A stretch of DNA of 64,000 bases from Spirochaetia bacterium (GCA_965203055.1 OZ241863.1:1056001-1120000); one strand, 5' to 3'; counted from the stretch's first letter, positions 1 to 9,658 are shown. Notes: a model not told the origin generated them from the letters alone. Translations and numbers: made by a program.

Positions 1-2345
1 ATCGAAGCCGACAGGCGTGCGCCGCGCGCCACCTTGCCTTCCCGCTCCGTCTGAATCGGCCACGAGGCAGTTACGACGAAGCCGGCCCGGACCAGCGCCG
101 CCACCAGCGTTTCCCAAGCCTCCGGCTGCTTGTTGGCGAACACCACCACCAGTCGTCCCTCGTCCCGCAGGGCGTCATTACAATGCCGAAGGGCGCGCAG
201 CATACCGTCCTCGTAGACCTTCCTCGACTGAGCGCCGTCGGCAGCGAACCTGCCGGGTTGGTCGACCAACTCTCCGTCATTCGCGGCCCGATCCCACTTC
301 GGGCCGAGCGGATCGGAGAACGCCGCGTTGGTTTCCGGCGAGAGCCCGGACAACGCGCGCCGCAACCAGACGTGGAAGAAGTCCATCAGGTCGGAATAGG
401 GAATGGCGTCGTAGTAGGGCGGGTCGGTGCAGATCAGGTCGAAGCGTTCCCCGGCCGGCGCGGCAGCCGATCGGAGTGCGACGTGCGGCGTAGGCGCGCC
501 GGCGGCGGCGGCGCCGGCGTGTTCAAGCACCTCGGCGACCCACTCCACCGCCTGAACGAATCCGCCGCTGGTGTCCGCCAGCGGACAGGACTCGGCGTAA
601 TCCCACACCATAGGCAACGCAAACCGCGCAAAAGCGTGACCTATCTTGTCAGCGTTGGTTTGCCACGTCGCCAGAGCGCTGCCGCGATCGGCCAGCCGGC
701 TGACCACCGGCGCAAGACATGCTTGCAGCGCTTCCCGCCACGTCTCCGGGTAGCAGGCCATGTCGCCGGCGCAACGGCGCATCTCACGGATGAACGCTCC
801 CAACGCCAGGAGCTGCCGATTCGTGAAACACCGCCGCCACGTATCGAATCCGTAGCGCGGGAGGCCGGAAGCGCCGCGCGAGTTGGGAGACGGCCGCTCG
901 GGACTGATCGGCTCGTCGGGAAGTCCGAACGGAATCTCTTCATAGAGGCTGACGAGTTCTTCCTCGGTGACTCGCGCGGCGCGAAGCTCGAGGTCGGTCG
1001 GCAGGCGGTACTCCTTGCCGCGCTGGCCCTCCACGATGACGGCGGTCATACGCTCGCCGAGACGGCCGGCGCGGCCCTCGGTGCGAATGTCTCCGGTCGT
1101 CGCGATCACGCCGCAGCGGGGGCAGGTCGCGCCGCTGGCGCTCATCGTACCGGCTCCCAGTTCGCGGTCGTGCTCGCGCTTCTGCGCCGCGCTGCCGCTG
1201 CCTTCGGGAACGTCCTGCTTGACGTCGAACGTCACGCCGGTGTCGGAGTTCCCGGACTCCAGGGTAAGGAGCACCCGCTTTCTCGGCTTCTTGCACAGCC
1301 AGCGTGTCTTGAGCAGGGGGACCTCCGCCCGGCAGCCGCTGCAGCGCACGGTGCGCGCCCACAAGTACGCCACCGGCGGCTTCGCAATCCAGCGCGGGTT
1401 GGCCTCGTCTTCCAGATAGCGGTCATCGAACTCGGCGTTGAGCGAAGCGGTCGCTACGGCCCCCTGATCGTCCGGCTGCAGCAACCGCGCCGGGCGGGCT
1501 TGCCAGGGCGCTTCCGGGGGGCGATTGCTCCGCCGGCCTTTGCGCCGTACCGGCTCGAACTCGGCGTAGATCGGATAGCGGGCCGCCAGGTCGCGGCGCG
1601 CGCGCGCCAGGACCCGCTGTCCCCAGGCGCGCAGGTGCCACGCGAACTCCGCATCGCAGGACGGCGCGTCCATCTCGAAATCGAACGCCGGGTCGTGACC
1701 GTGTCCTAGCCGCGCGAGTCCCTCGCGCAGCGCGTCCTTGCGGGTAATCCCTTGGGATTTCAGGAACGCCTCGGCGAAGGCCCGTTCGCGCAACGCGAAT
1801 TCGGGAAGCGCCCGCGATTGTCCCGCCAGTCGCTGCGGGTAGTGCAGCGTGCAGCGCAGGATGAACCACGCCACCGGGTTGAGATCGGCCGCTACCGCTT
1901 CGCACCCGAGCCGCATCGCCTCCAGCGGAATCGCCCCGCCGCCCGCAAAGGGGTCGAGTACCCGCGGCGCCCGGCCGCCATAGGCCGCCCGAATCTCGTT
2001 CCGGAATCGCGCCAGCTCCTGCCGCCCGTCGTAGGTGCTCTCGCGGCCCCAGTGCAGAATCCCGCCGCGGGTCGCCTCCTGCGTCCCCGTCCCGGCGGCG
2101 TCAGGAACCTTCTCCACCCGCCCCGCCATGCGATCCAGCAGCTCCCGCCGCTCCTCCGAGCTTCCGGGATCGGGCAGCAGCGCCGCCAGCAACGCCGCCC
2201 GGCTCGCCGCCAGCGGCCGCCGCGCCGGCCAGATGTGCAGCGTCGAAATATGCCCGTGCCGCACGTTCTTCTCATGCACCGAATCCAGCGAAACCTGATT
2301 CAACGGAAACGCGTGTTCAATGATCCTGCTATCGGCACTCGCCAT
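1..2345 (-). CDS. DUF1156-family adenine DNA methyltransferase with Zn ribbon (3' end runs off the window)
   Basis: Absent from the ORF track because there is no stop in the window. Manual translation from ATG 2345 gives MASADSRIIEHAFPLNQVSLDSVHEKNVRHGHISTLHIWPARRPLAASRA (DUF1156 N-terminus), motif I VLDPFAGGGAIPLEA, CxxC pairs, and motif IV ICTDPPYYD near 410-430. The frame is the same at both ends. Confidence 0.9.
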   Translation of the reverse strand, partial: MASADSRIIEHAFPLNQVSLDSVHEKNVRHGHISTLHIWPARRPLAASRAALLAALLPDPGSSEERRELLDRMAGRVEKVPDAAGTGTQEATRGGILHWGRESTYDGRQELARFRNEIRAAYGGRAPRVLDPFAGGGAIPLEAMRLGCEAVAADLNPVAWFILRCTLHYPQRLAGQSRALPEFALRERAFAEAFLKSQGITRKDALREGLARLGHGHDPAFDFEMDAPSCDAEFAWHLRAWGQRVLARARRDLAARYPIYAEFEPVRRKGRRSNRPPEAPWQARPARLLQPDDQGAVATASLNAEFDDRYLEDEANPRWIAKPPVAYLWARTVRCSGCRAEVPLLKTRWLCKKPRKRVLLTLESGNSDTGVTFDVKQDVPEGSGSAAQKREHDRELGAGTMSASGATCPRCGVIATTGDIRTEGRAGRLGERMTAVIVEGQRGKEYRLPTDLELRAARVTEEELVSLYEEIPFGLPDEPISPERPSPNSRGASGLPRYGFDTWRRCFTNRQLLALGAFIREMRRCAGDMACYPETWREALQACLAPVVSRLADRGSALATWQTNADKIGHAFARFALPMVWDYAESCPLADTSGGFVQAVEWVAEVLEHAGAAAAGAPTPHVALRSAAAPAGERFDLICTDPPYYDAIPYSDLMDFFHVWLRRALSGLSPETNAAFSDPLGPKWDRAANDGELVDQPGRFAADGAQSRKVYEDGMLRALRHCNDALRDEGRLVVVFANKQPEAWETLVAALVRAGFVVTASWPIQTEREGKVARGARLSAS

Positions 2346-2348
2346 GTT

Positions 2349-2876
2349 TCAATGTTTCATCTTGACCGACTCAGAATTATCTTCAGAAGCTGTTTCAACT
2401 ACCGCAGATACTTGAATAACCGGATCTCGTACCTTAACCAGACTCTCGGAGTCATCCATAGGCTCACCGGCACGGACGTGGGTAAAGTGTGGATCCGGCG
2501 AGCGTGACTCGATACGCCTCAATGTTTCATATTTTGTGATCCACTGAGGTGGCATCAGGGCGCGAGTAAGGGAGCCCATGTCACGGACTATCGTGTTGAC
2601 TCCTCCAACGTTGGCTTTTCGTTCCAGAGTTGACGCCACCGAGAGATGATCTTGTACATCGATAACAGTCACAGTTCTCTTAGGGGCGAGACGTACATAT
2701 CCAAGTACGCCATGTGTGTCAGGATCAGATATGGTATAGGAGCCATGGTCATCATCACCCGGATCGAATATGTGAAACTTCATACCGCGAACTACTCCGT
2801 CCTTAGCTCCAACGTTTATTACGAGGTGTCGTGAATTGAGTACTCTCGCAACTTTTCCATGAATAAGGTCATCCAT
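2349..2876 (-). CDS. Hypothetical protein, beta-barrel/FlgT-C-like (GKVARVLNSRHLVINVGAKDGVVRGMKFHIF), lower GC
   Basis: ORF 2349..2924. ATG 2876 overlaps the upstream stop and follows AAGGAG. The stop lies 3 nt before the DUF1156 start. Confidence 0.7.
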   Translation of the reverse strand: MDDLIHGKVARVLNSRHLVINVGAKDGVVRGMKFHIFDPGDDDHGSYTISDPDTHGVLGYVRLAPKRTVTVIDVQDHLSVASTLERKANVGGVNTIVRDMGSLTRALMPPQWITKYETLRRIESRSPDPHFTHVRAGEPMDDSESLVKVRDPVIQVSAVVETASEDNSESVKMKH

Positions 2877-3375
2877 TTCTCGCTCCTTGAGCATCTTCCA
2901 AATCGATGCTTCCCCGCAGTTCATCTACGTCGTGCGGAACAATGTCGCGCCAGTCTTCAATAGCATCATCCGCTGTCGAAAGTTGCTCAACGACGAACGC
3001 TTCGATTTGTGAAAGTGCTACCCGATGATCGTCGCCTTCTGATTCTTGAGCTTCGGCAACAACACTAGCAACCCTGGAGACACTATTGTACAAAGACACT
3101 AAACGACGGAAAGCTGATCGTGCATGTGGTCTTATAATTTCTCGTGCTGCTGTCTGCGCTGACATCCGCCCAAAGACAAGTGAAGCCAATACCCCGGTTA
3201 TCCAGGGAAGTGCCTGAAGATACACACCTTCAACCTGGGTCAGTCGTCGTGTGGTCGCGGTATATACGAAGTACACCGCTCCTGCAATCGACATCACCAA
3301 CAGAAAAATCGACAATATCAACTGGTACGGATCTGGCAATTTCTTGCCTAAATTGACCTTGTTCTTTCTTCTCAT
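2869..3375 (-). CDS. Hypothetical membrane protein, two N-terminal TM helices plus a helical domain (168 aa), lower GC
   Basis: C-terminal part of ORF 2869..4245. ATG 3375 overlaps the helicase TGA (ATGA). Hydrophobic segments are LILSIFLLVMSIAGAVYFVY and YLQALPWITGVLASLVFG. Confidence 0.75.
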   Translation of the reverse strand: MRRKNKVNLGKKLPDPYQLILSIFLLVMSIAGAVYFVYTATTRRLTQVEGVYLQALPWITGVLASLVFGRMSAQTAAREIIRPHARSAFRRLVSLYNSVSRVASVVAEAQESEGDDHRVALSQIEAFVVEQLSTADDAIEDWRDIVPHDVDELRGSIDLEDAQGARNG

Positions 3376-6300
3376 AGAAGATTGCGCCCTTCCTCGGTGG
3401 TCTCCGCGGCTTCCAGCAAGGACGCGGCGGAGATAGTATAGCTCTCCGAGCTGCGGCTGCGGGCTAGCAGTTTGGCGAACGGGTTGCGCACCCGCAAGAG
3501 CTGCGGCGCGGGGGTGGCGCAGTTGAACACTACGTAGAGCCAATAGCGATCTTCCAGATGGGCCGCCTGCTTCCACTCGTTGGGCTCTACCTCGATGGCG
3601 CCGCGGCCGGACCGACCCTTGACCTCGATGTTGCGCACCGCGCCGCCGCGCTGCGTGGCCAGCAGGTCGAAGCCGGGCCAGTCGGGCAGTCCGGCCACGC
3701 GCGCCAGCGGCGGCTTGGAGACGTCCTGCACCTCGGCGCCGCGCTCGCGCTCCCACGCGACCGCGATGCGCACCGCGAGTTCTTCGATGGTCGCGTCGTA
3801 GCGCTCGCGGTCGGCGGAGTCCACCGCGGGCACGACCAGGGCATGCGCGAGGAAGCGCACGGCGCCGGGAACGACCCGCTCGGGGCCGGCGTCGAGCTGG
3901 TCCAGGGCGCGGTTGCGGTCCGCGCTCAGCGCGCGCTGCTCCTGCCGGATTTCGGCCAATTCGCCCGCGGCCGCGGCTTCGCCGGCGCCGTTCGCGGCGA
4001 GCTGGACGCGGCGGGCGGCCAGCGCCGCGGCGCGCAGGTCGAAGCCGGCGCCGGCGCGGCGCCGGCGGTCGGGCAGTTCGGCGCGCAACGCGGCGCGGCG
4101 TTCTTCGGCCAGCGGCGCCACTACCTGGTGCTCGGCGTAGCGCGCGGCCGCGGCGCGCAGGTCGAGCCCGCGTCCGGCCAGCGGCACGGCGCCCGGGGCG
4201 ACCGCGGGAGCGCCGCGCAGCAGCAGGAGCTGCTCGCCGTCGCACTCCACCGGCACCCCGTCCTCGCCCTGGCGCAGCGCTACCAGCCGGCGTTCCAGCG
4301 TGCGGCGTTCGCCGCGCGCGTTCGGGGCCGGCGCAAACAGCCCGGCGGCGTCTCGATCGGCCGGCTCATCGGGTTCTCGCTCCACCGAGATCTTCGCCAG
4401 GTGGAGCAGGTAGGGGGCAGGTGCGCGCGGATCGCTGAACACGGCGCCGCGCAGGGCGTCGCCGGCGAAGGCGCCGGTGACCTGCGCGGCCAGCGCGTCG
4501 AATACCGGCTCGCCGGGGTGCAGCCAGATGCAGGGAGTGTCGTCCTCGGGGCGGCGCGTGCGCAGGCGTGCGCGCGCCGCGTCGGGGTAGCCTTCGAGCG
4601 CCGGCAGCAGGCCGTCGAGCGCGCCGGGTCGGCCCGGCGCCAGTGAGAAGCAGCCCTCCGGGTCGCCGCGGATCTCCAGATCGAGCAGCGGCGCGCTCTT
4701 CTCGATGAAGCGGCGCACGTAGCCGGGGAGGAGTTGCAGGTAATCCTCGCGCGCGAGCTCGCTACGCAGCGCGTCCAGGTGCCCGGCGACGTCACCGGGC
4801 GGACCGTAGACCGCCCGCTCGCGCGCATCGACCGCGCGTACCCGTGCGCCGGTCGTCAGGGTCTCCACACGTTCCCGGACGTGCTGCGCGCCGGCCTCGG
4901 TCAACGCCGCGCCGAGGTACTCGCGTAGCGAGGCGTTCTCGAACAGCCGCCCGATCACGTCGAACACCTTGTCCGAGCGCAACTCGGTGCGAATCGCTTC
5001 GAGTTTCTCCAGCAACACCTGCAGCACGCGGCCCTCGCGGGTGGCGCCGGCCACGAGGTTGACGATGCGCACGTCATGCCGCTGGCCGTAGCGGTGGATG
5101 CGCCCCATGCGCTGTTCCAGGCGCGCCGGATTCCAGGGGATGTCGTAGTTCGCCATCAGCCGGCAGAACTGCAGGTTGATGCCCTCGCCGGCGGCGTCGG
5201 TGGCGACCAGGTAGCGGGCGCCGTCCGCGCGGCGGAAGTGTTCGACTTGCGACTCCCGCTCCTGCCACCCCAGGCCGCCGTGAATCCATGCCACCTGATC
5301 GGAGAAGCCCAGTCCCTCCAGGCGGCGCACCAGATATTCCAGCGTGTCGCGATGTTCGGTGAAGAGCAGCCACTTCTCGCCGGCGTAGCGCGCGTCTTCG
5401 AGCACTTCACGCAACTTCTCGAACTTCGATTCTTCACCCGCCGCGCACAGTGCGCGCGCCCGGTCGCGCAGGTCCTTGAGGAGCTCGATCTCCCGCTGCA
5501 GCTCGGCGTCCGTGACCGCCGCCAGCGCGCCGAGCACCGCGTCTTCGTAGTCCTCGTTGCGTTCACCCGCGGCATCGTCGCGCGCGTCCTCGTCCGCCCC
5601 GTGGGTGTCGTAGAAGTCGTCTCGACAGCGCCGGTCGAGATCGCTCTGGCGGCGGCGCAGGTCGGCGGCGCGCAGCTTGCCGGACCGCAGGTCGGCCGCG
5701 GTCTGCTCCAACTTCACGATGCGCCGCTCGAACGAACGCAGCAGCGCCCAGGTGGAACTGGCCAGCCGCCGCTGAAACACGCTCAGCGCGAGCTGCACCG
5801 CGGGGCGGTTGTCCAGGCTGCGGCCGTAGACCCGGCGCAGGTAATCGGTGGTCGCGTCGTACAGCGCCTGTTCGCCGGTCGGCCCGCCGGTCAGGTCGTA
5901 ACTGAAGGTATCGCAGGCGCGCGTGCGATAGAGCGGTCGCCCGTCCAGGCTGACCATCTCCTCCTTGGTGCGGCGGATGAAGTGGCGGGCGCGCGCGGCC
6001 GGCGGACAGCGCTTGAGCGCGGCGCCGGTGGCGAATGCCTGCGGATCGAGCAGCCGCCACAGGTGGTGGTAGGGTTCGTCTCGCCCCATGTGCGGCGTGG
6101 CGGTGAGCAGCAGGAGATGATGCGCCGCCCATGGCAGGCCGGCGAAGCGGCCGCCGGGCGGGGCGCCGCCGCCGGCCAGCGCCTCCGCCAGCGCATAGCG
6201 CTGCGTCCGGCGGATGCGGCCGCGGTCGTTGGTCACGCTCAGCTTGTGGGCTTCGTCGAACACCACGAGATCGTACCCCGCGGCGCACTCCCGCAGCGCC

Positions 6301-6971
6301 GCAAACGCGGTTGCGCCGCGCAGGGTGTCCACCGACACGATGGCGAGATCGCCGGCAGGCGCGGCGAACGGGTTGCCGGCCCGCAGCTCCTGGCCGGTGA
6401 CGATGCGGAAGCGGAGGCGGAACAGGGTGCGCAATTCGCGCTCCCAGTTGCCCACCAGCCCGGCCGGCGGCACGATCAGGACCCGCCGGAGGCGGGCGCG
6501 AGAGAGCATTTCGCGCACGTACAGGCCGGTCATGATGGTCTTGCCGGCGCCGGCGTCGTCGGCGAGCAGGAAGCGCAACGGCTCCTGCGGCAACATCCGG
6601 TCGTACACGGCGATGCGCTGATGCGGCAGCGGGTCGATGCGCGCGGTTTCGCTGGCGAAGGCCGGGTTGAACTGGTGGCCGTGGGCGAGGCGCAACGCCT
6701 CGGCGACCGCCGACACGGCGGCGGGGTTGCCGGCGAAGTCGAGGGCCGGCGCCGCCGCCGGAGCCGCGCCCGGCGGCCCGCGGCGCGCGTCCTGCTCGGC
6801 CAGCGCCTCCTCCAGCTCCCGCAGCCGCTGCAGCGCCAACCGCTGCGGCTGCGACTGGCCCGTTTCCCAACGGTGCACCGTCAGCAGAGAAACGCCGACC
6901 CGCGCGGCGAAGCCGGCCTGCGTCAGTTCCATGCGCCGGCGCGTACGCCGCACGCGCCGGGCGTCCGTCAT
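3372..6971 (-). CDS. XRE-HTH + SNF2-family helicase + DUF3883 (PD-(D/E)xK-like) fusion protein
   Basis: HTH LTQAGFAARVGVSLLTVHRWETG; Walker A LADDAGAGKT; DEAH; TATP; EQRMGRIHRYGQ; C-terminal GFDLL...IEVKGR. ATG 6971 preferred because it fits a leaderless promoter; TTG 6980 is the alternative. Confidence 0.9.
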   Translation of the reverse strand: MTDARRVRRTRRRMELTQAGFAARVGVSLLTVHRWETGQSQPQRLALQRLRELEEALAEQDARRGPPGAAPAAAPALDFAGNPAAVSAVAEALRLAHGHQFNPAFASETARIDPLPHQRIAVYDRMLPQEPLRFLLADDAGAGKTIMTGLYVREMLSRARLRRVLIVPPAGLVGNWERELRTLFRLRFRIVTGQELRAGNPFAAPAGDLAIVSVDTLRGATAFAALRECAAGYDLVVFDEAHKLSVTNDRGRIRRTQRYALAEALAGGGAPPGGRFAGLPWAAHHLLLLTATPHMGRDEPYHHLWRLLDPQAFATGAALKRCPPAARARHFIRRTKEEMVSLDGRPLYRTRACDTFSYDLTGGPTGEQALYDATTDYLRRVYGRSLDNRPAVQLALSVFQRRLASSTWALLRSFERRIVKLEQTAADLRSGKLRAADLRRRQSDLDRRCRDDFYDTHGADEDARDDAAGERNEDYEDAVLGALAAVTDAELQREIELLKDLRDRARALCAAGEESKFEKLREVLEDARYAGEKWLLFTEHRDTLEYLVRRLEGLGFSDQVAWIHGGLGWQERESQVEHFRRADGARYLVATDAAGEGINLQFCRLMANYDIPWNPARLEQRMGRIHRYGQRHDVRIVNLVAGATREGRVLQVLLEKLEAIRTELRSDKVFDVIGRLFENASLREYLGAALTEAGAQHVRERVETLTTGARVRAVDARERAVYGPPGDVAGHLDALRSELAREDYLQLLPGYVRRFIEKSAPLLDLEIRGDPEGCFSLAPGRPGALDGLLPALEGYPDAARARLRTRRPEDDTPCIWLHPGEPVFDALAAQVTGAFAGDALRGAVFSDPRAPAPYLLHLAKISVEREPDEPADRDAAGLFAPAPNARGERRTLERRLVALRQGEDGVPVECDGEQLLLLRGAPAVAPGAVPLAGRGLDLRAAAARYAEHQVVAPLAEERRAALRAELPDRRRRAGAGFDLRAAALAARRVQLAANGAGEAAAAGELAEIRQEQRALSADRNRALDQLDAGPERVVPGAVRFLAHALVVPAVDSADRERYDATIEELAVRIAVAWERERGAEVQDVSKPPLARVAGLPDWPGFDLLATQRGGAVRNIEVKGRSGRGAIEVEPNEWKQAAHLEDRYWLYVVFNCATPAPQLLRVRNPFAKLLARSRSSESYTISAASLLEAAETTEEGRNLL

Positions 6972-6978
6972 CCCGTCC

Positions 6979-7025
6979 AATGTAGCGGCTGCTGCAGCTC
7001 CTGTCCAACGGCTATCAAACGATAA
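6979..7025 (-). promoter_or_regulatory. Putative sigma70 promoter for the helicase operon, with a nearby short inverted repeat
   Basis: TGGACA (7007-7002), 17 nt, TACATT (6984-6979), then ATG 7 nt later. TATC-AAAC-GATA inverted repeat at 7013-7024. Confidence 0.45.
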
Positions 7026-7099
7026 TTTTGCTGCGCCGGCTCAGACGGCAGGGGTTGAAGTACTCGATCGCGCGGCTTTCGCAGCACCAGGAGATCGCG

Positions 7100-7619
7100 C
7101 CGTTCTTCGAGCATGTTGATCCGGCCGCGCAGCGCCGCCGGCGGGTCGAACAGGATGGCGGTCGTATCGATGTCGCCGGCGTAGACGTCGCGGTTCACGG
7201 CGAAACTGGTGGTGCCCCATTGGTAGGGAATCGAGTGCCGGCGGGCCGGGGTCGTAGGGAACGTCCAGCCACCGCGCCTCGATATTGCCGACGTTGGTCA
7301 GCTCGCCCGGCGCGATCTCGTCCAGCATTCCCTCGTCGGCCATGACGCGCACCAGGTAGTCGCTGGGGACCGCCACGTCGTAGAGGCCGAGCCGGCCCGC
7401 CCGGAGTGTCGCCAGCAGCTCCGCGTTGGACTCGTAGACGTCCATGGTCACCTCGATCCCGGTCTCGGCGGAGAACTTGGCCAGGAGCTCCTGCGGCATG
7501 TAGTCGAACCAGTGGTAGATCGCCAGGTAGCCGGCGGCCGGTCCCTCCTCGTCCGCCGACAGAGGAGCGCAAGGCGCCAGCGCCAGCGCGACGACCGCAA
7601 CCGCGGCAGTGCGTTTCAC
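7100..7619 (-). pseudogene. PotD/PotF-like polyamine ABC substrate-binding protein, frameshifted and truncated
   Basis: Signal peptide, then IYHWFDYMPQELLAKFSAETGIEVTMDVYESN and YDVAVPSDY. A +1 shift near 7244 restores PYDPG-RRHSIPYQWGTTSFAVN...RINML, after which similarity ends at about half the normal length. Confidence 0.8.
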
Positions 7620-7636
7620 GATTCCACGCCCAGCCC

Positions 7637-8032
7637 TCAGATAGGAGCCACGCGGATGCGCAGCCCGGGTGTGCGGACCAAGCGACGGTCGCCTGTAATG
7701 AGCACCGCCCCCAGCGTTTCCGTCAGGGCGACGTACACTGCATCGTAGGCACTCAGGTTGTCGCGGAGTTGCCAGATGCGGTCCAGGAACGGCTCATGCG
7801 CGTATCGTTCGATATCCAGAGCGCGCCAATAAGCGAGCGCTAGCGCGCCACGCGCGCGGCTCAGCAGTCTTCGGCGGACGTAACGGCGAAGTACGTGCGC
7901 GATCTCCAAGTCGATGAGGTGAGGTACGTGAATGCTGACCTCAGGGCTCGCTACGCGTTTCGCGAGGCGTTTACCAGCGTCAGTATTCAGCAGCAATTCG
8001 ACCGCGCCGGAGGCGTCCAGGACCAGCGGCAA
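7637..8032 (-). CDS. vapC: VapC-family PIN toxin
   Basis: LVLDASGAVELL...HLIDLEI...NLSAYDAVYVAL...LITGDRRL PIN motifs; 131 aa. Confidence 0.9.
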   Translation of the reverse strand: MPLVLDASGAVELLLNTDAGKRLAKRVASPEVSIHVPHLIDLEIAHVLRRYVRRRLLSRARGALALAYWRALDIERYAHEPFLDRIWQLRDNLSAYDAVYVALTETLGAVLITGDRRLVRTPGLRIRVAPI

Positions 8033-8035
8033 GGG

Positions 8036-8290
8036 CTATCGACTGCGCCCGAGCAGTTCGCCGCGGAGGTCGCGTTCTGCGCGGAGTACGTCGGCTGGCG
8101 ACGGGTCGAGGGTCACCTCCGGCTGCTGCTGGATGGCGGCGAGCAGTTCCCGGCGGCTCGGCCGCTCAAGCGCCCGCTCGATTGTCGACATCACGTACTG
8201 CGACATGGAGACCCCTTCCATCGCCGCTCGCGCCTTCAGACGGCGATGCGTGTCTTCCGGGACGTTGCGAATCTGGATCATAATCGACAT
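8036..8290 (-). CDS. FitA-like ribbon-helix-helix antitoxin
   Basis: MIQIRNVPEDTHRRLKARAAMEGVSMSQYV; directly upstream of the PIN toxin. Confidence 0.85.
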   Translation of the reverse strand: MSIMIQIRNVPEDTHRRLKARAAMEGVSMSQYVMSTIERALERPSRRELLAAIQQQPEVTLDPSPADVLRAERDLRGELLGRSR

Positions 8291-8296
8291 GTGATC

Positions 8297-8326
8297 AGTA
8301 TGGATAACATGAAATGTTCATGTCAA
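8297..8326 (-). promoter_or_regulatory. Leaderless sigma70 promoter with operator palindrome for the TA operon
   Basis: TTGACA (8326-8321), 18 nt, CATACT (8302-8297), ATG 6 nt later. Inverted repeat ACATGAA-ATG-TTCATGT at 8307-8323. Confidence 0.7.
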
Positions 8327-8419
8327 CTCAGGCGGATCCGACCAGGCGTCTGCCTAGCGAATCCCGGCAGAGGCTCCGACCGGAACCAGGCACATCTGCA
8401 TGGCATCCTCCGGTGGCGG

Positions 8420-9466
8420 CTACGGCGTTGCCGTGGTTTCGCTCGGATCGCCCGCGCCGAACGGATTGATGGCCCGCACCTGCACTTGGTAGAGCGCGCC
8501 GGCGGTCAGGCCGGGCAGCGTGTGGCCGGTCGTCAGGTGGGTGCTGCCGTCGATGGTACGCCACGCCCGCCAGTCGCGGTCTGCGGGATGGCGCAGCCTG
8601 ATCTGGTAGCCGGTGATGGTGGCATCGGCGGGAAGGTCCCAGCCGAGGATGATGCTCCCGGTTTCTCCCTCCGCGGTCAGGCCGGCCGGAGGCCCCGGGC
8701 AGCGGCTGCCCGCCGCATCCGCAGCGCACGTCACGACGATGTCCATGTCGAGCGGTTCGGGCAGGAGCAGCAGGTCCAGCAACGGGACCTCGAATACCAC
8801 CGCGTTGCCCTCCACGCGGCCGCCGCGCTGCGAAACCAGCTCGCCGTCGGCGGTGACGCGGACGGTGACCAGGGCCGCGGCGAGCGCCTCCGGGCCGGTC
8901 GGCCCCAGGATGAAGCTCATCAACTCCAAGTAGTCTTCCCGCGTACGTTGCGTGTTATCCTGCGGTCCCAGGGAGCGGATGACCGGGTCTTCGAGCAGCG
9001 GGAACACCTCGGCGAACAGTCCGTAGTTTGCCAGATCGAGGTAGAGGCGCACGCGGAGGGCGCCGTCCTCGACCTCCTCGAAGGTGACGAGGCCGATGGC
9101 GTTCGCCGCGGCGGCCGGCAGGACCTCGCGCGCGTCCCGGAAGGCAAACTCGATTTCCACGCGGTGCCTTTCGGGCGCTTCGACCCGGTAGACGGTCACC
9201 CCGGGGCGCTTCATGAGACGGTTGTGAATCGGCTCCAGGTTGATGATGCCGTCTCCCCGCAGCTCGGCGCCGGGGAGCTCGGCGAGGTCGCGCACGAGGG
9301 CGACCATCTCGGTCGAGTAGTCGATGGCCACCGTGGTCTCGCCCGAGCCGTCGCCGCGCAGGTGGAGCTGCTGCGTGACGGTGCACGCGCCGAGCGCCCA
9401 GATCGCGGCCAGCGTCAGAACGAGTGCGAGGTGCCCGCTCCGGCTGCGGGGATGCGCACGGGTCAC
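8420..9466 (-). CDS. Lipoprotein with C-terminal fibronectin type III domain
   Basis: Lipobox ALGAC; N-domain QQLHLRGDGSGE; FN3 PGPPAGLTA...ILGW...ITGYQIR...GLTAGALYQVQVRAIN. Confidence 0.75.
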   Translation of the reverse strand: MTRAHPRSRSGHLALVLTLAAIWALGACTVTQQLHLRGDGSGETTVAIDYSTEMVALVRDLAELPGAELRGDGIINLEPIHNRLMKRPGVTVYRVEAPERHRVEIEFAFRDAREVLPAAAANAIGLVTFEEVEDGALRVRLYLDLANYGLFAEVFPLLEDPVIRSLGPQDNTQRTREDYLELMSFILGPTGPEALAAALVTVRVTADGELVSQRGGRVEGNAVVFEVPLLDLLLLPEPLDMDIVVTCAADAAGSRCPGPPAGLTAEGETGSIILGWDLPADATITGYQIRLRHPADRDWRAWRTIDGSTHLTTGHTLPGLTAGALYQVQVRAINPFGAGDPSETTATP

Positions 9467-9608
9467 GAATGCCGCGGCGAGCCGCCCGGCGGTCGGCGAG
9501 CAAACGTCAGGTGTTCAGCCAGTGCGGCCATCGCGGCGCAGTGTAGCGCATCCGCCGACTGGCCGGCATCAGATTGGGAGGTCGATCGACCGACCCGACA
9601 ATACTTTG

Positions 9609-9637
9609 TTGACATACCTTTCTGGAGATATGATGAT
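9609..9637 (+). promoter_or_regulatory. Possible sigma70 promoter, pointing antisense through the tRNA-like element
   Basis: Perfect TTGACA at 9609-9614 in an AT-rich patch. -10 candidates are GATGAT (17-nt spacer) or TATGAT (14-nt spacer). Confidence 0.45.
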
Positions 9638-9658
9638 TATGGACGTGACGCGCATCAT

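Noticed and set aside
183..2507. Long plus-strand ORFs 183..1709 and 1752..2507
   Set aside because: Antisense shadows of the DUF1156 gene, which has clear motifs on the minus strand.
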